Both the position numbers and the translations under genes were made by a program. Of a stretch of DNA of 64,000 bases, positions 26,001-36,710 are shown one piece after another; within the stretch, counting starts at the first letter, position 1; the number at the start of each line of letters is the position of its first letter. Source of the stretch: Fimbriosthenelais zetlandica (taxonomy: Eukaryota); assembly GCA_977030845.1 (NCBI GenBank), contig OZ365109.1, forward strand, positions 23,560,001-23,624,000. Reading direction: 5' to 3'. The notes beneath the pieces were generated by a model that was not told the origin of the DNA, made no database searches, and saw only the letters and a list, made by a program, of their open reading frames with translations.

Positions 26001-29000
26001 CTCTGTTTCATGGAGTAATCTGTTAGCCTAACTAACATTCATCTCTCCGTATGAAAGGCCAGGCCAGAAACCCACCCCACAACAAGTCTAGTCTCATATA
26101 TCATAAAGAGATGATGGCGGGTTTTGTTATTCACACAAGGACAATGGTTCTAGGCCCTCAGCCCAACCTGTAGGCCCAGCCCATGGGCGTTAAAGACCAT
26201 GTAATACACTGCCATTGTAGGAACCACGGTACCGGATATTGGCAGCACTAGGTAAAACGAGCATAAGCACGTAGCTTCCATCACTGCCGTGCTTGGGTAT
26301 ACAAACTAAGGATATCAGAAAGCCTGGGTTCAAATAACAGGCCAACTACACTTGCCCTCACTTGGGCAAAAATGTCTCAGAATTTTGTAATTATATAAGT
26401 AGACTCCTAATTTTAGTGTAAGTTTATGAGAGTGTGAAGTGATATTGAGTACAGTCCATGACACCATCTAATAAATCAATTGTCAAAGGACAGTGGTCAT
26501 GATGTGAAATTCAGCAATTTGTGACAATGACAATACATGAGCAAGTATCTCACGCATGCGAGTGTTGGTTGCCTCTAGAAAAAGAGGCTTGCAATCATAA
26601 TTTTCTTTTAAGAAACTTCCTATTGAAAGCCTCAACAAAGCACTATAAGTTAGGGTCTATATTGTCCATGTTTTGGAAATGCACTCATGATATTTTATAT
26701 CCTGTGGAGGACACTTTAAAAGGCATTGACACTTTAGAGGGACAGAGCAAATTTCAAGTATACCTAAGAATCTCTCATGGGGATATCGGAAGAAAATGGA
26801 CATATTGCACTGGGTGATGGGGAGAAACTGTTTATCTATGGCTTTTCTCATTACATGGCCATTTCTGGTGGTAGAGCACATGCCTTGGCTATGAATAATT
26901 CCACCGCTCCTTCCCTGCCTGTTTATTATACCTGTCTTGACACCAGTTGAGAAGATCTCTCCGGGCAGAGGCGGGGGGCAGCATTGTGTTCATTATAGAG
27001 CACTAGGCCATCCTCTTTCACATGAAAAGGTGCCTAAAGAAGACAGCAGATGACGGAAACCCTATATATCCCCAGTCACGATCAATGACAAAGAGAGGCA
27101 ACTATGATGCGAATATATCAACCTTCTAGACACAAACAAAGAATAAATTATCTCACTTCGAGCGAGAAAGAATAATATAAGGGAACAATAAAACATGAGA
27201 CGTGGGTGGGCTGTGTGTATTGTATTGTCATCTGGGATGCATATACCAATGGCTAGCGGCAATCTTGCCTTATACTTTAGCTTTTTGCTTCTTCTAAGTA
27301 TTTGCTTTATATGAAGCAAGCAGTCCCATTCATCTGTCCTCCGTATTAAGAAATCAATCCATCACCTTGCTGCTCTGGTGACGCCTGTGCATTTTTGCTA
27401 CCTATAGCGTAAAGTTCTTATGCGCCCAAATAAATGATGGAAACTTCATAAATACTATAGTAATCGATGTAAGACATGAGAACGCTTTGTCTATTGTGTA
27501 GCCCTTGACGTACTACAGAAAAACATAAATCACAGGTCCCTCTGGACCCAGAAAAGTGTGATTAATATATAGTATGATTATAGCTTGCATATACATGTAT
27601 ATATATAGGTGGATACAGCCTCCAAAATCTGCCAAAGCCTGTACAAAAGTTTACTATTTACTTGGGAGCAGACTATGAAATGAGCTGAGCAATGCGAGGA
27701 TTGTGGACCGAAACTGCTTTAAAGTTGGACTAAAGTCATATATAGCCTCACTAAATAACAAGATCAAAGCATTAGTTGATTTTTATCATGTTATTAGTAT
27801 AATCTTGACTACTTGTTTGCTATATCACTTTAGTATTACTACATTGGGAATACATTTCTGAAGGACGAAATGGGCACAAAAACTGTAATATTACATGCAT
27901 ATAGTATAAGAACATGTTCCTTCCGAAGTAGGTCGATATAGCGGCCTGTATTTTGAAGCAATATACTAAATGCGTTTTTTCAATGTATCAAATCATCCTT
28001 CATTAAGCTCTCGGAATGTTCAACATTTTGCCTAGCTGTGTCATATGAGAGTCACGGTAATATCTATACAAATCAGACTCTGTATAGTGTTCCACATTTT
28101 AGATTAGGCCCATGCCTTTTAGTAAAATATTGAGCGTTTTTGTCAGGGGTTTGACTAGCTGTGTGTACATCATACCTGATTGTAATTGTTACATAGGAAC
28201 CCAAATATCTAAAAGTTATGCTTGCAGAAAAGACTCTAATCCTAGAAACAAGAGAGCTCTTTGCAAGCAGTGAAGTTAATATTATAGCACCCCTGACCCC
28301 ATTCCCATGGCTGTGTTACTTGGGGAGTGCACCACGAAAGATGGCGTTCCTGATAGATGCATAATCTTATCGATTATTAGGTTTCGCAATAATGCGTGTT
28401 CCTGTGCTGGTTACCTTGTTCATGGTGAATGTTCTGCTGTCATTCTGACATGTACATGTATACTCACTGGAAAATGCATCCAGAGACGTGCAAGATCAAT
28501 ATGTAATGTCACCAGTCCTTGACTGTTATATAACATATGGGACAGAGTTTAATGACAATACTCAAAATTCATATAGGTTCTAAAAATTTCCTAAAGTTTT
28601 AATAGTACAGTAGAACTTGGCAATTATGAAATTTATGAGAAATACAAAACCGTAGGCCTGTGTACATCCTTACATCTATAGTAAAGATCCATATTGTATT
28701 AGTATAAATCCATATTGGCAATATGTACATGGTATGCACATTTACAAGTAATAAAGCACCTCCTATTATGGAGTGTTGTCTCGGCTCTCTCTATATAAAG
28801 TTCTATATTATGCCTTTGTCAATACCCAAGCACTTTTCAAAAACTATAGAGCATTCCGATGGAAAGTATAGCCTTCAAATTCCAGCCTCTAATAAGGGTC
28901 TCCCTATTGTTTCTTAATTATCATTAAAGACACCGATGTTAACGAGCACCGTAAAACATCCTGCACGACCCCTATTAATAAAGAGTAATCGGATATCCCC

Positions 29001-29799
29001 TAGCCCTTCCCATGAAAATAAAGCCATCACTTTTTAGTAATATAAAAATCTCACAGGAGGGAGGAGGACGAATCGATATATTCCTCCTGGGTTGATAAGC
29101 AATGGGTTATTGAATTTGTGTGATAAATTCAGTTGCTGAGGTCTTGATCATTTTCAACACAGTTTCCCTTCTCTGATACTTTTATGTCTCTATTCCGCTA
29201 TTTCTTTCCTTATTCGCCTGTAAATTTTAATAATAACAGTCTTACTTTTCATCTATTTTTCTTTTTCGCAGTTTTTCTTACTTTTTCTTTTAAACCTCTG
29301 AGAATTTTGCGATATCTCTGAGCAGCACCAACGGACTCCAGTGTTCAGCTTGTATAAATCTAAAGGTGTCACCGACCACGACTGCTTCGACAACTCCATT
29401 ACCCACTGATTTAAGCATCCCTATCACGATAGAGGCCTGGCTACAGACGGAGCCGTGCATGTCGACGTTGATAACCCACTAAAAATCTTAGCGAGAAGGG
29501 AATCGATGTGTAGGTTGGGCCCTATCCATGAATCAGTAAGGACTCAAAATGATGGCTGTGTATAGAAAAGCGCTGAGATGAAAAATATATGTATGCCTGG
29601 CTATAGGTTGGTACAGTTAAGGATCTTTGTGGACTAGGCCCACAGGCTAGTGGAAGCGTTAGTGGAGGATGCTATAGGTGGAGCGAAAGCCTGCCACCAA
29701 ATGATAAGAATTACTAGCTGCGATTTCCGCTACCGTGTCATTTATCATCATGTCTTATGAATAGCAAAGAGCCATCCATGTACATGACAAGTATAATCC

Positions 29800-29930
29800 C
29801 GTTTATGCCGCCCCTACACATCATCGAATCACGCTTATTTGTGTCGCAAGGCGCCGCACCTCCCGTCCCCAGACACCGAGCTATCATTGGACGTGACTGC
29901 GCATGCGTGACGTGAGCAGAACCGGAACCG
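29800..29930. promoter_or_regulatory. CpG-rich promoter-like motif cluster
   Basis: Within 45 bp: ATTGG (29886-29890), NRF1-like TGCGCATGCG (29898-29907), CRE-like TGACGTGA (29908-29915) and CCGGAA (29922-29927). CpG density is locally high against a CpG-poor background. Confidence 0.4.
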
Positions 29931-31714
29931 TGATGAATCTGGGCGTCGGTGTTCATGACTGGCCACCATTATGGAATGTTGTCAACGCGATGTTGGTTGG
30001 CTGCCTCGCGACCAGCAACCAACCAGCTCACTGGAAAAGAGTCCCCTACATTCAAACACAAATATACCACCCCACGCTACCTTTTGACCGCAAACCGCAG
30101 CCTCAGTTTTCCACCCTGCTGATATATCGGACTGCCAATTCCCGGTAATTGCCATTTAAAGAGTCGCGAGTCATTTGAGCTGCCCGTGCACTGCCCACTG
30201 GTCCACACTGTTCGTTATTGAGCGAGGGTCGTTGGGTCAAGCTGGCTTTTTCTGGCCCATGTCAAGGATCAGTTGGGAATATCCAGTTATGGCCTGTGAG
30301 CGACACGGTGACATGACCCAGGCAACGCCGACATTTGCACCCGATCGTTATTTCCCCCTCGCTTCACCTTGGCAACACTGGCGGCGTCGATCAATCTGCC
30401 ATTTCTTCTTCTACTTCTTCTGCCCCGTTTATTCTCTGATCGCAGTTGATATATTTAACACCCGACCCTTATTGCTTATAGTGGGGCCTCCTATAGTTGC
30501 CTTCACTGAAAACCTAGCAATGCATCTAATGGTGGCCTTGAGAATGGGACAATGTCCCAAGGTCGAAAGGACACGAACTAACATCACCTGCTCCTGACAT
30601 CTCTAATGACCTTCTAATACTCATGTGAACGCTCTGAGACAAACATTGGTGGCACAATTGTATTAGAGTGGGATCAGGTTGGGCCCTTCAGCTGGAAATG
30701 TCTTCGGGCCACTGTGGAAGAAGGGGGTTGGGCGTCTTTTTTTCATGCCATTGGTTCAATACTTTTCTCAGGGAGATTTGGCGAGGCCCGGGCCCCACTG
30801 GTGTGGCAAGGACTGGTTTGGCTATGGATGGTCACACGAACCTCAAGGGAAGGGCGTCAACTGGCATCACATGGATGAAGCCCCCACAGTGACCTTAAAA
30901 GGCCCTTCTCTCCAGCCCACTTGTCTCGCTGTACATCTCGCCAATGTAACATGGTTACATCCCCTCCTAGAATAAACTCGATATAAACAAATCTTAGCCT
31001 GGACACAGAAGCCAATATCACGAAGGGATGGTGGTGGGGGTGGTGGTGGCAGGACAGTCAGTGGTAGCGTCACTGGTGGCATATAATAATACAGGAGGTC
31101 GTGGGCTATAGAGGTGTTGCCTCTGGCATCAGAAAATAATTTATAGAAAGGAAACCCTCCACCACCTGAAATCCCAGCCTAATGAGACAGGAGTAACATA
31201 TAGTATGTAATTGTATATTCATTAGTCATCATGTTTATTCATCCTTTCTCGCGGCTTACTTCATTTATATGCGTGACATTCAAAGCAACATCAACAATGC
31301 CTATCAATCATGCTCGCCTAGCCTAACTCTTTATTACCACCCCCTATTGAGGCCAAAGGACCGCGCGTCTAAGATCGCCTGCTGCTGAAATATCATCAAA
31401 TGTCATGAAAGAATTACTTTGGGAGATTTATTCTGTCTGGGGATTGGGCATGATCTAGTAAATAAGGGTGTCCATGTCTGAAATGATCTTTGCATCTCTG
31501 GCTGCCTCTGTTCAGATTCTAGAGTGAAAAGCGTCCCGTGGGAGAGGATCCCTATCTGACGCTACATGACCTAACGTCATGAATACTTGATGAACGTCCA
31601 GGCCTGGACCTATTCTAATGGCGCCACTTTCTTTCTGTCATCAAGAAGGGATTATTTTGGAAATTAAAGCCTTTGATACAGGATGCTGCATAGTGTATTT
31701 TCAGCCTTGGTAGA

Positions 31715-31737
31715 GGGATAGTGGGTGGGGGGTTGGG
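31715..31737 (+). other. Canonical G-quadruplex motif upstream of the putative first exon
   Basis: GGG-ATAGT-GGG-T-GGGGGG-TT-GGG, read directly. Confidence 0.7.
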
Positions 31738-31899
31738 ACAAGAGTACAAGAGGAGACTGTGTTGGTTTCAGGAGTCATGGTCGAACGTGACAGACTGTCG
31801 TGTGTCTGTCCTACTGGCGACGAAACACACTGGTCTCATTAGGGCTTTCTGTTGTAAAAGATGTAAAAGGGCTGGTTGGATGGGAGTAAGGCGTCTGTC

Positions 31900-32619
31900 C
31901 TATTGGCCTTCTCTCGGAGTCTCCCCTCTCCCACTCCTCTCTCTTCTCCTGCCTCCCTCATCTCTCTCCAATCCCTTGTGCTGCTTTCGGTTGTGCCAGC
32001 TGCAGGCATTGAAAGCCTTTACTACTTCCCTCCCCACAAACTTCCAATCACCCATCCAGGCAAGCCGGGAGAGTCGAGCAATTGCTGGAGAGAGAGAGAG
32101 AGAGAGACAGACCTTGTCTCACTCAGTGAGTGACTCGGCGGAGGAGAGGGTGCGCCGGAGTGCGGAGGGATACAACACACCCACACTCAGAGCCTACCAG
32201 ACAGACTGCATGCGCAGCCTTCAGGAAAAGCACGCGCTTCGTTAACGAGTGCGGAAACAGCACGTGTGCCGTAGTCGCCGAGGCCAGTGGTCGATGGTGG
32301 TGAGTGGCGGTAAAGCAGGCAAGCTACTCAAGTCCTTGCTTGATCTTTCCAGCTCAGCCGCCCGGTGAAATACAACCCCGGTGAAAAGGCGTACATATAC
32401 AGGAGAAGATCTTTATTTGCCAGTGTGGTATTCCAGAGGCTTGTAAATATATATATAACCATAAACAAGTTACCCAGAGAGTGTACAGTGTGTGTTTGGA
32501 GGACCAGGATCGAAGGACATCTATATATTATCCAGTTGGTTACTATCGACTGGAGGAAAAACAGCTCTGAGCAACTCAAGGAAAGGCTGGCTTCTGTCTC
32601 AGGGGAAAAGCTGAGTGAC
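31900..32619 (+). promoter_or_regulatory. Putative core promoter and 5' UTR of the plus-strand gene
   Basis: Contains ATTGG near 31902, a CT-rich tract at about 31910-31970, CCAAT at 32044, (GA)10, an Inr-like TCAGT near 32123 and a GC/CpG-rich stretch leading to the ATG at 32620. The TSS position is inferred. Confidence 0.5.
32088..32107. repeat. (GA)10 microsatellite
   Basis: Read directly. Confidence 0.97.
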
Positions 32620-32749
32620 ATGGGGGAGACCACGATGACACTTGGGTGGTCGAGTATGACGGCTCTTCTGGTCGCCTGTCTTCTTCAACAGGCTAGGCTT
32701 GCTATGACTGGAAAGACAGCTACCACTACGGAGCATAATCTGGCTGAAG
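32620..32749 (+). CDS. First coding exon of an unidentified secreted or cell-surface protein (signal-peptide exon)
   Basis: ATG in GAC-ATG-G context (purine at -3, G at +4). It encodes MGETTMTLGWSSMTALLVACLLQQARLAMTGKTATTTEHNLAE with the hydrophobic core MTALLVACLL, and ends at a strong donor AAG|GTAAGG in phase 1, typical of signal-peptide exons of modular extracellular proteins. There is an in-frame upstream stop at 32341. The family is not recognised. Confidence 0.62.
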
Positions 32750-34350
32750 GTAAGGCCCCTCCTCTTCCCCTTGGTCCTCATCCAGCTCAATATGATGACG
32801 TGATCAAATTGACCTTTTCTTATCTAATCGTATCTGGGTAATCATTTCATCCTTGCATAACTCCCACTTATGCCGGTACCTCTGTAATCACTGACAGGCC
32901 TTGATTAATGAAACCAGTGGGGGAGTATGGATATCTTTCTCCTTGATCAGGATTGGACCTTTCAATGGTGCCTCAGCCATCATTGTCCCTGTCCATTTCA
33001 TTGTCTTGCACATACACTTTGCTACACTTATCACCCCCGCCTCCCTTCTCCTTTTTGACAAATCACCAAGGTTGATTAAGCCCTGTGGACAATCCCCTCT
33101 CACTGTTGCCTGTCCCTTTTCATTTAATCGTATAGATCCTAAGCCCTTTGAGGGTTTTTGAAGAGTGCTACTACTCAGTCCTTGCCAGTATGTACATTCC
33201 TCCGCCCTCCCCTTCTTACACCCTGCCTACCACCCACCATCGTCTCTGCTCGCCCGGTATATTAATCTGTATAGACTGTTATCGACATAGGCTTTGCTCT
33301 GATGTATTGTAAAGGGTGGAAGGAATGGTCCAGTGTTGTATAAAGACAGATCTCTGTGAACCCAACCGATCACCGGCAAGTCCTATACTCGTCCTCTGTA
33401 GATCAGTATTCAAATTAGCTCTACCAGTAGCAACGCTTTTTATACATCTCATGCAATGATCTGTTATAATGATACCTTTTCTGATAGCAGGATAGATTAT
33501 AGTACACAGGTCTATATAATTATACCAGCTCCATTTTCATATCCTATCTTTTACAACGTATCATGATAGCTTTTTAACAGTCAGACACATTTTTCTTCAT
33601 CAGATTCCCTTCCCTTTTGGTTATGTTTTAAACGTGTATTTTAAATTCATTTTGAATAATTTTCCTTTCAGTTACTAAAGACCCAAGTGTAGCCAGTTAA
33701 TGGTCAAAAGTGGTCCTTTTCATTAGCACAGAGACAAAACCCAGATAAGGGTAAGATATGGGTTGTGCAGGATGTCCTCTTATCGCAGGGAAGGAACTGC
33801 TGGCAAGGTTTTATACATGGGGTGATACTCCATAAGGCATCAAGGTGGTCCATGTAGTCAAGATCCCCTTTGGATTTAGATTAGTTTCCCTCCCAATTCA
33901 CGATGTACTGTGGTGCAGTATGATTGATTTGGGTTTTTCTTTCGCTGACCTTTCGGTTTCGTTATCGGCGGTGGCAGTAGTGATGCACAGTTAGATGTGG
34001 GAGAGCGATATCCATACAGCGAATGATGCATAGATCTCCCCCTGCATACATACCACCGCACAAAAGAAAAGTCAACCTCTTGTATCAGTCATAAATATTA
34101 AAGATTTATTATTTACTTTGAAAGCTTTTCATCGCAGACCTGTCCCCAGCTGACATTTCCATGTAATAGCATAGAGAGACATGCGACATCATAATCATCT
34201 TTCAATCCTTTCTATGATGAGGTTAGGACTTTATCCGCCCTCCATTCCTTGGCGGAAGTAATACGATCCAGCACTCTGGTAAGAAGCATTGGGTTTTAAA
34301 AAGCTGCAGATGTACATGGGCCAGCCAGCAGAAGTAAATGACGTTCACCT

Positions 34351-34373
34351 CCCCCCCCCCCCCCCCCCCCCCC
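34351..34373. repeat. Poly-C tract (C23)
   Basis: Read directly. Confidence 0.97.
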
Positions 34374-35084
34374 GTCAACCATGGTTTTATATAATGCTCC
34401 ACCCACCGCCACTCATGTACATGTCAGAGGAGCCATGTTTTCTTCTAGAAACAAACACCTTCCTGGAGCATAAAAAACAAAATGTAACAAAAACATAGCC
34501 CGGAGGGAAATGGATCGACGGATGAATTAATTCCTGATTCTCTGAAAATGAATACAGATCCATTGCCTTAAAAGCTTGCTGTTTTGGTTTCATTGCAAAA
34601 TCATGAGTATTCCATCTTCAAAATCAAGTTGGAAACATTTATTTTTCTCCTGAATTTCATGACATCGATATGGATAGAAGCCAAACGCTGGAAAGGGAAA
34701 CTGAGATGGTTCGGATTCCCATACTGAATGCCCTATTACAGCTTATGTCACATAACTGAATGCTGACAAGTGACAGTGATAGATGGAATTTCGACGGATG
34801 TCTTTCCCCATATGCCTTCACATCTGAATCATATAAGGTGTCTACACCAACCAGATTGGGTCTGTATGTGACTGGTGTTGTCTGTATATCCAAGGCCAAA
34901 TAATATGCAGCGGACCGGACCCGGTCTCCAATGATTCAACTTGCCAGAGGCTGAAGACAATCTGCAAATAAGTTGCATGGACAACAGCATAGCCAAAATT
35001 TTCAGGTTATTGTAATCAATGAAGGCCGACAAGAAGCCCCGCTACCATTTGCAGAAGACTTTACAGAAGACCGGATTCCAGGCA

Positions 35085-35174
35085 GGATCCAATCTCAAGA
35101 AGACTGGATCCAATCCCAAGAAGACTGGATCCAATCCCAAGAAGACTGGATCCAATCTCAAGAAGACTGGATCC
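35085..35174. repeat. 21-bp minisatellite (VNTR), 4.3 copies
   Basis: Unit GGATCCAATC(T/C)CAAGAAGACT at 35085, 35106, 35127 and 35148, plus GGATCC at 35169. A degenerate unit lies at 35249-35279. Confidence 0.97.
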
Positions 35175-36387
35175 TGGATTGTTTTCCAGTTAATTCTTTT
35201 ATTCTAGCCGGGAATATAAAGAAGTAATTTTTTTTCATAATGGATTCTGGATTCAATCTCTATAGAACTGGATACAATCAGTCGCAAACAAAACCGAGTC
35301 ATCATGGTGTAGACGAAATAGTCGCATTATAATCATATGATGTAAGTAACCAATGCCATCAAAACCTATTTTTCCACACATTCAATAAACATGTCTTGAC
35401 ATTCACAGTATATTCTACCAAACATCCCCAGAGGCTTGTCGACCTGAAGCAGTCAATGCTAGAATGCATAATACTTGTTGCTTCTTACGGAGATCGAGAC
35501 GTTGTCGACCCTATTTGATTTACAAAGCTGTAAATGGAACTTGGATGCGTGTACCGAGGTCATATTAGACTACAACATCCCCCGTAAAGCCCCCACAGGC
35601 ATGGCCATCCTTTCACCCTGCCTTCAAACTCCCCTGCCATGGATATCTTTATGCAAAACACGTCCATGTATACATGATTTCTATCGGTATCGAATGCAAA
35701 TTCAGTCTTGAGGGAGAAAATCACCATTTGCTGACAGACGCCTTCTTTTATCGAACGATATGCATCCTGGCCAAGGCCCAATGTGTCGCTCCCTCGATTA
35801 ACACTAGCATGAGGCAATGACTGGCCTTCTTTTATTCATTGAACAACGCTCCTCTCATTTAAATGGAATTGCACGAGGGCTAATCGGACCCTGTATGTAT
35901 GCAGAGGTAGAGGTCTGAATCCGTGATTTGACACTCTCCGATTGCTTCTTTGACATAGGTGTGATACAATTGTGTGATACATATTATCAAAATATTGCCA
36001 TCTTCCTCCCCTAAGAAAAGTTCCCAATTTTATGCTTATTTGAGACCACGAACCAGGCATCAAGGACCCAAAAAATAACTTATCCCGTCATGCTGTTAAT
36101 TCTTTTTCAAGATTTATTAGCAGACGTGGAGTTTTTTCCATTTCTGAATGTGCTTAATGACGAATGATTTGCTATGTTGTCAACACGTTCCTTCTTGGAA
36201 TTCTGGACAAGTACAAGAAAGCGAGCATGAGCGCTCCCAACTGAGGCGCAGGGAACTTAAATAATGGCAGCTTGATTGGATGAAGTTGTGATGCTTATTG
36301 CTTGGGGAAAGAAGAGTCGAGGTCCCTGGTGTTCTCCTATCCTGAACATTCATCATTTGTGGGCAGAATGAGAGAGAGGGGAGACAT

Positions 36388-36710
36388 GCAGAGATGGGGA
36401 CCATAAGGCAGAGAGTGGGGGAGCTAGAGGGGACGAGAGCAGGGACCAGGACCGAAAGGCAGAGAGTGGGAAGAGCTGCTAGAGAGGGAGAGAGCAGAGA
36501 TAGTGTAGGGACCGAAAGATAGAGTGGAGCGAAATATAATGGAGGAGAGCAGAGAGATAGAAAGGTAAAGAGTGGAGAGAGCTGCTGGAAGGAGAGGGCA
36601 GAGATGGGGACCAACGGGCAAAGAGTGAGGGGAGCTGCTATAGAAGGAAAGAGAGTATGCAGAGAAATGGGGACCGAAAGGCCGAGTGAGGAGAACAAGA
36701 TCGAGTGGGC
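36388..36710. repeat. Degenerate purine-rich minisatellite, about 6 units of 49-61 bp
   Basis: Units start with GCAG at 36388, 36439, 36494, 36549, 36598 and 36659. The approximate consensus is GCAGAGATGGGGACCGAAAGGCAGAGAGTGGGGAGCTGCTAGAGGGAGAGA. The purine-rich tract extends to about 36820. Confidence 0.8.

Noticed and set aside
29323-29338. REST/NRSE-like CAGCACC-AAC-GGAC
   Set aside because: The spacer is 3 nt instead of the canonical 2, and the right half diverges.
34973-35227. ORFs with EDWIQSQ and KKTGSNP repeats, and the 21-bp array as a CRISPR
   Set aside because: The ORFs are by-products of the VNTR. The units are head-to-tail with no unique spacers, there are no cas genes, and the context is eukaryotic.
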